This document shows positions 41,253-53,374 of a stretch of DNA of 64,000 bases, in pieces (the stretch's first letter is position 1; each line of letters begins with the position of its first letter). The notes below the pieces were generated by a model, which had not been told where the DNA came from, ran no database searches, and was given only the letters and a program-made list of their open reading frames with translations. The stretch is taken from assembly GCF_006345805.1 (NCBI RefSeq), contig NC_043016.1, positions 26,412,001 to 26,476,000 of the forward strand. The letters run 5' to 3'. This DNA comes from Octopus sinensis. Taxonomy: Eukaryota. Made by a program: the position numbers and the translations under genes.

Positions 41253-41431
41253 ATGTATGTATGTATGTATGTATGTATGTATGTATGTATGTATGTATGT
41301 ATGTATGTATGTATGTATGTATATATGAATGTAATTGTTTGGATGTATGCGTGTGTGTATGTATATTTGTATGTGTGAATATTTGCATGCATTTATATAT
41401 GTATGAATGAATGTATGTATATGTATGTAGG

Positions 41432-41463
<32 letters not shown>

Positions 41464-41557
41464 TGTATGTATGTATGTATGTATGTATATATAAATGTAA
41501 TTGTTTGGATGTATGTGTGTGTATGTATATTTGTATGTATGTATATTTGCATGCATT

Positions 41558-41591
<34 letters not shown>

Positions 41592-41707
41592 TGTATGTAT
41601 GTATGTATGTATGTATGAATGTAATTGTTTGGATGTATGCGTGTGTGTGTGTATATTTGTATGTGTGTATATTTGCATGCATTTATATATGTATGAATGA
41701 ATGTATG

Positions 41708-41739
<32 letters not shown>

Positions 41740-41845
41740 TGTATGTATGTATGTATGTATGTATGTATGCTTGTATATATAAATGTAATTGTTTGGATGT
41801 ATGTGTGTGTATGTATATTTGTATGTATGTATATTTGCATGCATT

Positions 41846-41879
<34 letters not shown>

Positions 41880-41908
41880 TGTATGTATGTATGTACGTAC
41901 GTATGTAT
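41253..41908. repeat. Higher-order tandem repeat (A-B)x2 built on (TATG)n
   Basis: aatgtaattgtttggatgtatg...tttgcatgcatttatatatg recurs near 41328, 41494, 41618 and 41782, with alternating variants. Confidence 0.9.
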
Positions 41909-42004
41909 GAAATAGTTTCTGTATGCTTACCTACAATGCTTGACTGGTAGTCTAAACAACTACGACGATGACGATGCAGCAGGAAAAAAGAACTACTACT
42001 ACTA

Positions 42005-42035
<31 letters not shown>

Positions 42036-42184
42036 AATGACATCAATGACAAACTTGGTGGAAAATATGTGTACTTTATCCTATAGTTTCTTTCGCCTTT
42101 CAACAATTGCAGGCTTAAGGTTAGCAAGGAAGAACCTGTCTTGCCGGTGGATGAACCAGTAATTTGGAAGGGAAGGTCATGTGC

Positions 42185-42222
<38 letters not shown>

Positions 42223-42460
42223 ATGTTTGCTTTTTATGTATGCATGTGTGTAGGTATGTGTGCATTATGTGTTTTTATGTATGTATGTAATTGCGTACGT
42301 ATGAATACATGTGTATGCGTCTATGTATGTATGTTTGCATACAAATGTTGTATTATGTATATATTATATATATATACATTGTGTATGTATGTATATATAT
42401 ATGTATATATATGTATATATGTGTGTGCGTGTGTGTATATATACATACATATATATATAT

Positions 42461-42510
<50 letters not shown>

Positions 42511-42957
42511 GTATGTATATATATAATATATAATATATATGTATGTGTGTGTCGGTGAGTGTATCTGTGAGAGTGAGAGTTGACAATCAGGCAGACAGAC
42601 CATGTATTGAGTGCATGAATGTATATGTCGTCATAGGGGAACAAAGGACAAAAGTCTTAACCAAAGTGAGAGAGAGATAGAGTAAGAGAAAGAGAAAGAG
42701 AGAGAGCGTGAGAACGAAGACAATAATAGATATAGAAGTGTTAGATATAGGAAATGAGAAAATAGTGCGTGGGGCGAACAAATAATACAAAGAGAGAATA
42801 GAAGAGGTGGACGTAAAGAACGAGACACCGACCAGTTTATGCCTTGTCTTTTAAAAGCCGAATTGTCTTTAATGTTTTACTTTGTACAATCATTGTCCTA
42901 CGGTCATGCTGGTGCACTGCCTTGAAGAGTTTAGTCAAACAAATCGACCGTAGTACC

Positions 42958-43557
42958 TGTAGTGATCCTATATAACGGTGCGCGAGCGCGCACCGTCCAT
43001 TTCTGTTTCGCGCGTGCGGTGTTGGTGCTTTCACCAAGGCTGAGAGGAAGGGCCCTCTCGCGCATGCGCGAAGCCCGGAAGTAGGAACATTTGCCTACGT
43101 GGCAGTTTAGCCGCGAGGCAAGGGGATCGTAAGACGTTGACTACCAGCGTCCAGCAAGCAGTGACTTGAGACACAGCCTTCGAAGGAACAGGACGTGAAT
43201 TCTTTCTCTCTCCGGACTTGACATAGCAGCAGCCTTTACCAAAAGACTTTAACCAGCATTTGTTGCCGACCTCCTCATCTTCCTTTCTCCGGACGCCATC
43301 TTTGACCAGTGTCGTTAGCATTTGAACACTGTAAATTCTACAGCGATAAAGTTCAGCTGAGACACATCCATACCAAAGGGATACCAGATACACCACATAT
43401 TTGTTACTGTCATAAGAGAATAAAGTAGATATATATTTTTTACGTCTGCGTCTTGTTTGTTTCTGACTGGTAGAATCTGGATTATTAAAGCAACGGAAAG
43501 TGATTGCACCAACTTGCACCCCAAAAGTGCAAGAGAAGCCGTTCACATTTCGTTACA
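42958..43557 (+). mobile_element. 600-bp solo LTR (Gypsy-type by 4-bp TSD)
   Basis: TGTAGTG...CGTTACA termini; TSD TACC at 42954-42957 and 43558-43561; AATAAA at 43419-43424. Confidence 0.85.
43058..43082 (+). promoter_or_regulatory. NRF1-type palindrome and ETS/GABP site in LTR U3
   Basis: TCGCGCATGCGCGA (43058-43071) adjacent to CCGGAAGT (43075-43082); YY1-type CGCCATCTT at 43294-43302. Confidence 0.55.
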
Positions 43558-44190
43558 TACCTATTTTTAAAGTCTGACACTTATTCTATCGACTCTGTCT
43601 TGCTGAACTGCTTGTTAACTTACGGGGGACGCAAACAAACCCAACAAGACCTGTTGTCAAACGTTGGGCTAGGGGGACAAACACATACACGAGAACTTCC
43701 ACACAGCTTCTGTCAAGCAATTTCACTCAGAAGGCATTGAGCAAAATCAACAGACAACTACGTGATTGAAACGTGATGTTGGAGAGTATTAGGCATTGCG
43801 TTGCGATGTTTCATTCTTTGTCTCCTTGTATCTTTTTTTTGGGGGGGGGGATAACTTTGCTATAACTATTGCATATCATTACCACAGTCTTCTTCAGACT
43901 TACGTTAGCATTGTTTCATGATTTCTATTAATTACGCTGCTCAAGAAAAAGAAAGAACATAGATTTCACATATATTTCATACTTGATCGTCCCCTACAGC
44001 TGTTTCAGTGGCATAAAATGTCGTTATATAATTACATAATTAAATACACAGTTTATTTAAAAGTGATATGTTACCCATCTCGTCGAGATGTGTAACACAT
44101 CACTGTTAAACGTTTCTTCCTCGAATTTTGATAATGTTTCTGTTTGGTTTCTTCCTTATTGCTTTCGAAATTTTCCAGCTCTCAAATATG

Positions 44191-44234
<44 letters not shown>

Positions 44235-44394
44235 AGATATATATATATTATATATATAATATATATTATAAGAGAGCGACCAATATATATATATAGTTAA
44301 TCCAAACATGAACAAAAAGAAAAACAACCAATGCGAAGACGTGGAACATGTATAGTTTTTATTGGACGCTCAGGAAAGGAGAAAGAAAGAAGGA

Positions 44395-44430
44395 GGATTA
44401 ACGTTTCGAACGGAGCTCTTCGTCAGAAAT
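44395..44430 (-). ncRNA. Minimal hammerhead motif with intact core, in Penelope-like repeat ~44293-44510
   Basis: AUUU CUGACGA A GAGC-UCC-GUUC GAAAC GUU AAUCC; stem I only ~2 bp; homologous to the 9326-9363 copy. Confidence 0.6.
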
Positions 44431-45234
44431 ATAGAAAAAAGGAAAAGTCCAAGGAAGGGAAGACGGAGAAAGAAAATCGCCAACGATACACACGCGGTCA
44501 CATATTGAAATATACCAATATGATTCCTATTGCAACTGTAACAAAAATGTGCTTTGCGTTCATTTAATAAATTTGTTTTACATACGGTCGACATTTTGTT
44601 CATTGTTGATCAAGCTAATTCGGTCCTTACTTTGCTACGTTTCTTGGAGCTTTCTATCTACATTGAGATATCTCTGTTCTTGAATAGAAAGCTCGAAGAA
44701 ATACTGTTATCTAATCGATAGTGTTGCTGCACGTAAAATATATAAAATATAAAAAGTAATAATACTTTATGAGGTGAACGCAGAACAGCGAGAACCCAAG
44801 CAATAGCTTAACTATTAATTCATAATACATTCTGTCAGGTTCGAGTGTGAATATCTGATCGCTATTGTTTTTCTATGTAGGAGAACTCACGCCTAATAGA
44901 GTCGATGTGTTTTCATAATACGTGTTATTCACTGGTGTTCTCCGAGGTTGAAAAACAACAGCAATTCACGTTCACGTGAATTCATATTCACGTTCGAAAC
45001 TATCAGAACGTATTAAGAGCGAACAAATACGTTATATTAATAATGCTGTTTAGTCGCGAAAAGAAAATTCTCCCGTGATCGAGAGAGAGAGAGAGAGAGG
45101 GGAGGGGAGGGGAGAGAAAGAGAAAGACAGACAGAGAACACGTCGGTGAGAAACACATAAAAAGATTGCACCCTTTTACTATGAAAGGTACAATTTGAAA
45201 TACCAAAAATTGGATGAAATAAGCATTATACGCT

Positions 45235-45501
45235 CCAAGTTACAAAACATATGCAAGTGGCTGAGCAATCCACAGACACATGTGCCCTTAATGTACTACT
45301 CGGGGAGATTCAGCGTGACACAAAGTGTGACAATGCTGGCCCTTTGAAATACAGGTACTACTCATTTTTGCCAGCTGAGTGGACTGGAGCAACATGAAAA
45401 TAAAGTGTCTTGCTCAAGGACACAACGCGTGACCGGGAATTGAACTCACGACCTTACGCTCGTAATCTGAATGCTCTAACCACTAAGCTACACGCCTTCA
45501 C
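45235..45501 (-). mobile_element. tRNA-derived SINE, CpG-intact
   Basis: Head gtgaaggcgtgtagcttagtggttagag...gagttcaattccc; core shared with 22254-22608, different tail. Confidence 0.85.
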
Positions 45502-45849
45502 AAACCATGTACATAGTAAACACATAAATGCGATAAACGTTTCGTTTATTAATGAAAAGAGAAAATTTTTATGATTCTCCTCTGACGAGTGGTCAACAAA
45601 CGATGAAATGATTCGTCAAGAGACTCTCCCCCAGCCCCTTTTTTTTCGCACATCAAAAGTTTAGAATACTTACATTCTAGGAATCTTAGTAATCCTTTTT
45701 TTCTTTATCCTTCTGATCCACTCTGTGTTATATATAATATATATTGTTTAAATTAATAGCAAGCGATGAAAAGTACAAATATGCAAATTTAGTTAACCAT
45801 TATGGTGATAACTTAAATATGACTTGTATGCGCGCGCGCACACCTGCAC

Positions 45850-45916
<67 letters not shown>

Positions 45917-46107
45917 ATACATATATATATAATATATATATATGTATATATGTTTATGTATATATGTATATACACACACGCACACACCCACACCGGTCGC
46001 CAAGCGGTAGTTAGTTGTGGAGAAACACAGACACAAAGACACACACACACATACATACATACATATACATATACATATACATATATATAAATATATATAT
46101 ATATATA

Positions 46108-46187
<80 letters not shown>

Positions 46188-46215
46188 TTATATATATATG
46201 TATATATATAATGTA

Positions 46216-46276
<61 letters not shown>

Positions 46277-46286
46277 ATATATATAT

Positions 46287-46326
46287 ACTAGCATTAAAGA
46301 CCGTCGTTGCCGGTCATAGTGCTAGT
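46287..46326. other. 40-bp palindrome with a Helitron-like 3' end on both strands
   Basis: ACTAGCA-ttaaa-GACCG-tcgttgc-CGGTC-atag-TGCTAGT. Confidence 0.55.
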
Positions 46327-46506
46327 GCATGTATATATGTGTATATATATATATACATATTACATGCACATCTATATATATATACATCTACACATAAAAT
46401 ACAAAATACAAAGTTACATCTTGATATCGCTAGTGATAACAATACTCAAAATATATAACAGACTGGAATGTTAGGCCCGTCTCTTGTAATTTCGATCAAT
46501 TGTATC

Positions 46507-46606
46507 NNNNNNNNNNNNNNNNNNNNNNNNNNNNNNNNNNNNNNNNNNNNNNNNNNNNNNNNNNNNNNNNNNNNNNNNNNNNNNNNNNNNNNNNNNNNNN
46601 NNNNNN
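46507..46606. other. Assembly gap (100 N)
   Basis: Direct reading; exactly 100 N usually denotes a gap of unknown size. Confidence 0.99.
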
Positions 46607-46959
46607 TTCAGTAAATCACTATACATATCCATCGTTTTCTGTTAAAATGTCTTATTGACAAGTTTCATTTCTTCACTTCTCTGAAGAGAAGATTACATGT
46701 TTTACACCATTATTCCTTTGGAATAATATCTGTGAAATCTTCGAAACATGTGTCAGAAGTAAAAGTATTTGAATTATACCTGCGTTAAACTCCATTTATT
46801 TATATATTATTATATGATACATTTCATGTAAACCCGAAGTTTCTACCTTTAAAAACAAAGAGTTACAACCTCTTTACTTGTGTGATTTTTTGCTAGCCTG
46901 GTAACTATTTACTATTTTTTTGTGTTAATTGTTAACAAGGGAAAAATACACTCATCTAT

Positions 46960-47005
<46 letters not shown>

Positions 47006-47029
47006 GTATGTGTGTGTGTGTATGTTTGT

Positions 47030-47225
47030 GTGCGTGTTTGTCCCCCAACATTGCTTGATAACCAATGCTTGTGTGTTTACATCCCCATAACTTAGCGGTT
47101 CGGCAAAAGAGACTGACATAATAAGTAGCAGCTTACAAAGAATAAGTCCTGGGGTCAATTTGTTCAACTAAAGGTGGTGCTCCAGCATGGCCACAGTCAA
47201 ATGACTGAAACAAGTAAAAGAGTAA
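47030..47225 (+). mobile_element. Composite-SINE tail half, strongly CpG-decayed
   Basis: Same family as 8990-9205, with most CpGs now TpG/CpA. Confidence 0.85.
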
Positions 47226-47384
47226 AAAGGGTATATAGGAAAAAGCAACTGAATAATGTTATTGTAGGTGTTGAAATTGTGGTGATATATGATCGATAAC
47301 TGATGAAGGATTGAACATGTCTACGCACGTTGTGTGTGTTTTCCCCCTCATTCCATTTGTTCCTTTGCTATCTTACAGAGCCAG

Positions 47385-47415
<31 letters not shown>

Positions 47416-48057
47416 GACAATGACTTGTTGATAAAATAAATGGGGATGCTGCTTCAGAAAATTTTTAGCCATTGTTTTGATATTGTGTAAAAGGAAACAC
47501 ACATATAAAAAAAATTTATACATAAATTTGATCAGTTTGTGTTTTAGCCACTGCCAGTAGCTTAATTTGTTTACTGAACACCACTGTGAATTCCCCCTTG
47601 TTTTTCAAATATCCCCCTAAATTACAAAATAAGAGGGGGAAATCTGCCCTATTTTTTCAAATCCTGGCTGCAACTGGAAGCAGGATAATAATCTAATTCT
47701 ACACTTTATCACATTCAAAAAATATAAACATATTTTTTAGCATAAAGCAGGTGGAGTCAAAAAGAAATACTACCTCTCACCAGCACACCAGGTTCAGCAT
47801 TGTATGAGCAACAGTGCTCTCTCTCCCTAGCGTGCAGCTTCCTATCTCGGACATGTAAGCATGCATACAACAGCCAAACACTCCGTTGCTGGAACTGTGA
47901 AGTGCACAGTTCTATACAAGGATTTTTGTATTTTTTCATAAACTAGGGAATGGCTATTGACATTAAGTTTATATTGTTATATTGAATGTTATCGATAATA
48001 TCAAGTGGAAATAAAGGGATGCTGCAGTTCCGTAGTGCCTATACTTGAGCCACCACT

Positions 48058-48106
<49 letters not shown>

Positions 48107-48597
48107 ATAGATAAACTGAAAGACAGACAGACAGATAGACAGTCAGACAGACAGCCATAGATAGATTGACAGACAGACAGACAAACAGGTGTGTTGAAAT
48201 AATGTTGATTATGATTCATTAAAGAAATTACAGCTAATTAGAATTGTCTATTAATTATAATGAAACTAGTTGCCACTTGAATTTAATGCCAAACTACTTC
48301 TTAAGATTGGATGAAGAAGTTGGGAATGGGAGAATAACATCAAAAACTAAACTTAATGATTGACTCAACAATAAAGTATCCAGTATTTGTTTTCAACTTG
48401 ATAAACACAGGAAAGACACACACCGCACACAACACACACACACACATACACACACACACACACACACACAAACATACACACACACACACACAAACATACA
48501 TACACCTTCACAAAACACACACTGTTCTATGTTTTCTTCAAGGTCAATGAATTTTATTTGCCATGCACACACACACACACACTCATAGGGACACTTT

Positions 48598-48648
<51 letters not shown>

Positions 48649-49220
48649 GCTGCCTTTATTTACTTTCTATACACATGTTTCCTGTAAGCTAAATTGGCAG
48701 CAGAAACAGTAAATTGATTTCCAAAGATCAAGTGAAGGAAAATTGGGTGTGTGTGTGTGTGAGGAGAGAAGTGGAGAAGTCATAAGGTAAAAATGTCATT
48801 ATCAAAGAATTCATTTAAAACCACATCTTACAGACATTGGCAGCAACATTTTTTCATTGTAGGGAGGAATCCAAGCTAATACCCTGGAATCATTTGCTGG
48901 TGAGTGATCAGTGAAAAGAAAGGTTATGATTTCAAACCCCAACGCTGTTTGGTCTTCAATGCCCAAGTATCCATGATACAACTCTATTGAGACAATGGAA
49001 TGCTGTGTGATTGCAGAGAGATACCAGTGCTACAGCCTGTCGTGGTTCATCTGGAATAAGACGATTGGACATGGCTGATTGAATGCTTGTAACTAGTAAC
49101 TTGTAACTTGGTGCAACTGACTGGACATAGAATCTGTTTTGACAACAGTACTTTTTGATACCAGAAATATAGCTAGACAGACGGACAGACAGACAGATAG
49201 ATAAACAGACAGACAGACAA

Positions 49221-49272
<52 letters not shown>

Positions 49273-49322
49273 GTAGGTATGTAGGTAGGTAGGTAGGTAG
49301 ATAGATAGACAGATAGATAAAC

Positions 49323-49355
<33 letters not shown>

Positions 49356-50532
49356 TTATGGTTTATTAATTGAACATGTTGGATATAAATACTTTTCCTC
49401 TCATCACACACATAATGAAAAATATGCTCATAGATAAATAGTGAGAGAGACAGACATACCGGCAGAGAGAGAGAGAGAGAGTGAGAGAGTGAAAGAGAGA
49501 AAGAGGGAGAGATTATAACTTACAGAACACAATTTAAATAAAATAAATTCCTCTTCTCACATACATAAACAGAGAGAGAGGGTAAGAGAGAGAGAGAGAG
49601 AAGGAGAGAGATTAGAGTTTATTAATTAAACTTTAAGAGAAATATGGTGACACACACAAACAAGAGAGAAAGGGGGAGGGAGAGAGAAAGAGACATAACT
49701 TACGGAACAACATAAAATCTTTTCCTTTCCTCACACACACATAGAGAGAGAGAGAGACAGACAGAGAAGAGGGAAAGAGAGGAAGAGACGAGATATTATA
49801 ACTTATTGAACAGGATAAACACAAACACTTTTCCTCTGCTCACGCACAAACAGAGAGAGAGGGAGAGAGAAAGAGGGAGGGATAAAAGAGAAGAAGATGG
49901 AGGGATTGAGGGAGAGAGAGAGAGAGAGAAACATTACAATTTATCAACTATACATGATTGTCATAAACACCTTGCATCTCATGCACATAATGGGAGAGAG
50001 AGAAAGAAAGAGAGAGGTAGGGAAGACAACAAGGAAAATAAAACACCTGATGTCAAATAAGTCAACGTTGAATCAGCGATGACAAATAAATATTGCCAGA
50101 ATGCTCCAAACCCCACCCTAACAGTATCCCTGTTTTTTAATCTCTTGACAGAATTTGAACGCATTCTTCAAGGCTTCTTACCTAATGCCCCTACAAGTTC
50201 TGCCAACCCACTCCACTGGTACCTTATCAAGTCAAAAGGATGAATGACAAAGCTGACTTTGGTAGGAACTGAAATCAGAGCACAGGTATCCAGCACAAAT
50301 GGCAGGTAGCTCTCTTCTTAGACAAGGGGACTTCTTTCTTAGTCATGCAAGTTACATGGTAGCCTTATTAGTGCAGGTGCCCTGCATGAAAAAGTGCACC
50401 CACTGCACACTATACAGTAGTTAATATTATGAAGGTCACCCAGCCATAGAAGCCATGCCAAAACTGAGACTTGGTCTTCCTACCCACTAGATCCTGTTGG
50501 CCCATTCAGCACGTAAAGTAGATAAGAAATCA

Positions 50533-50833
50533 TGATGAGGAGGAGGAGGGGGGAGAGGAAGAGGAAGCGGAGGGGGGAGAGAAAGATGAGGAAGAGGAAA
50601 AGGAGGAAGAGGAAAAGGAGGAAGAGGAAAAGGAGGGAGAGGAAGAGGAAAAGGAGGGAGAGGAGGAACAGGAAGCGGAGGAAGAGGAAAAGGAGGAAGA
50701 GGAAGAGGAAAAGGAGAGAGAGGAGGAACAGGAAGCGGAGGAAGAGGAAGAGGAGGAAGAGGAGGAGGAAGAGGAGGGATGAGGAGGAGGAAGAGGAGGA
50801 AGGAGGAGGAGGAGGAGGAAGAGGAGGAAAAGA
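50533..50833. repeat. Polypurine (GAGGAA/GGA) low-complexity tract
   Basis: Almost no pyrimidines on the + strand; internal repeat of gagaggaggaacaggaagcggaggaagagg. Confidence 0.92.
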
Positions 50834-51359
50834 AGATGTCTTGATCTTGGTTATTATAGTCTCAATGTTTCAATCCAAGACAGTGAAATTAAGTAGGTGA
50901 ACTAGTGAGTAGGCTAACTTGGCAAATTAAAAGTTCAGCTACCAGACCAGTTTTATATAAGAGCTTTTATTAAACAAGTTCAACCTCTAGGCCAGTGAAA
51001 TTACACATACTCTCTCTCTCTTTCTGACTGAGCTATAACAAACCGGAGCCATCACAAAGTAGATAAACAACTCATAAAAAGAGTATCCTTGGTATGGACA
51101 ATGGACTGAGAATATTCTCCTGTGAATTAATGGCTTCAGTTCCAAAAAAAACTTTACCAAATACAACAAACACCTGAAGATGGCTGGAGGATACAACAGT
51201 TGGAACGTTGTTTCTAATAACTAATATAAAGACACCTTACATATCAGTGTATAATCTAAGTACAAAAGTAGTAATTTTGAAGAGAGGAAATTTATTGATA
51301 CCTTCAGTTTCAGTGGGTCAGTCCACATTACTATGTAAGGAGCATAGGGCTGGTTTTCT

Positions 51360-51564
51360 GGTTTCTCTGGTGTATATATTTGCCCTTGGATGGGGCACCA
51401 GTCCATTGCAAGATTACTTACTTTTACCTGCAGAGTGGACTGGAGAGGTGTGAAATGAAGTGATTTTGCTTGGGAACACAATACAACACCAGGTCCAGGA
51501 ATTGAAACCACAATCTTATGATCATGAGACAAACACCGTAACTACTAAGCCATTCACCTCCACA
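51360..51564 (-). mobile_element. tRNA-derived SINE, CpG-decayed, third tail type
   Basis: gagtggactggag...gggaacacaa...aggaattgaaaccac...actaagccattcacctccac. Confidence 0.7.
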
Positions 51565-53335
51565 CCAGCAGTACTTGACTAGTATTTAATTTTATTATCT
51601 CCAAAGGGATAAAAAATAATGTTAGCCACGGCAAGATATAAAACTTAGAAAATAATGTCTTAGAACAACTACAGTACAGTTCTGACACTCTAATGATTCA
51701 TAGAGTGTGATAATGATGGAGTCTTCTCTCAAAAATTCAGACAAAACAAATAAATACAGAAGAACAATATCAAGAATAAAGTAATCTTTATTTTAATGAT
51801 AGCATAATTCATTTTTTAAAGAGGGGGTGGAAAAAAATCAAACAAAGATTATGAAATAAAAATTACAAAAAAGAAAAAAAAAACATGTATTTCTTTGTCA
51901 TTTATTTCCTTTACAATTCCTGTTGGCATTCCTGTTTGTCAATTCTTTTTTTTTAATATGAATTTAAATTTTAAGTTGATTGAAAAAAAAAATAATTGAA
52001 TAATTCTTCAGCAGTTCAAACTGGTCCCATATGTATTGGAAAATAATACATACTTGCCTTACAAGTATACATGCATGTAAGTTACTTGTGTATGTATATA
52101 TCAGAAATATATAAACATATAAATCTTTTCTACAAAAGGCACAAAGCCTGAAATTTGGGGGGTAGAGGCTAGCTGATTATATCATCCCCCTCCCCCCAGT
52201 GTTCAACTGGTATTTATTTTATTGAACTTCATAGGATGAAGGCAAAATCGACTTAGGTGGAATTTGAACTCAATAAAGCCAGAAGAAATGTCACTAAGCA
52301 CTTTGTCCGACATGTTAATGATTCTGCTGGGTCACTGCCTTAAATTAGCAAGCTATTATAATTAAGAAAAATATGCACTCCATTTATTATTATTACTATT
52401 TTTTTTTTTTTTGGTGCCATTTGATCCACTCACTATTTAGGAAAACAAAGCCGAACCAATTTATTTAAATCATCAGAGGGGGGCAGAGTTTAGAATTAAG
52501 AAGCTTCAACTCAAATAAATATGAATGGGGAGAGTAAGGAACAATTCTTGCCACATTAAGCAATTGTGGTATTGTGAAGGTTGCTGACACTCATAGCCAG
52601 ATCAAGTGGAATGACATTCATCCACTGAGAATGAAGATGTTTATAATAGTAATCTTAAATGGAACAACAGGTTTTTAATTTTTCAACAGATTCAATATGT
52701 GCATGTTTGTGTAATTGAATATACAATCATTTATTCACATTCTAAAGATGTTAAAATAATATCTCAACAGTTTCAGGCATCTTTTCTTAATATAGCTTAT
52801 ACATACATGGACACAAACACACACCACAGACATACACTCTCTCTATGCATATCAGTATATATATAAGTATATATGCCTATATATATAAATGTGTGTATGT
52901 ATGTACACAAATGCATAAATATATACATATGTATAGTTATGTGTATACATACATGTATGTATATACATATAAATGTACAGACACATACACATATATAGAT
53001 AGATGTGTATATATATTTATAAATAAATATGCATTTATATATACACAAACACAAATATATATGTAGACATATATATATATATATACATATAAATATATAC
53101 ACATTTTTATACATATGCACATAGATACACACAATATACATACACATTTACATTCACACATGTTCATATACATATATATAAACATACACATATATATGCA
53201 TATATATATATACACCTACATATATAAAGTCACACATATATCTATATACATACACACATAATTATAAATATGCACATATATATATATACATACCTATATA
53301 CATATATACATATATATGCATACAGACACACACAC

Positions 53336-53374
<39 letters not shown>

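Larger units (their letters stand above)
42865..43745 (-). mobile_element. Composite SINE split by the solo LTR
   Basis: Left half ends caaatcgaccgtagtacc; right half resumes tacctatttttaaagtctgacacttattctatcg and runs into the head half. Confidence 0.75.

Noticed and set aside
42960-43450. Host-gene CpG-island promoter and ORF 43031-43546
   Set aside because: The segment is bounded by TG..CA with a TACC TSD and splits a SINE, so it is a solo LTR; the ORF has no recognisable domain.
50532-50900. Protamine-like Arg/Lys-rich ORF
   Set aside because: A low-complexity purine tract open by composition; no other gene evidence.
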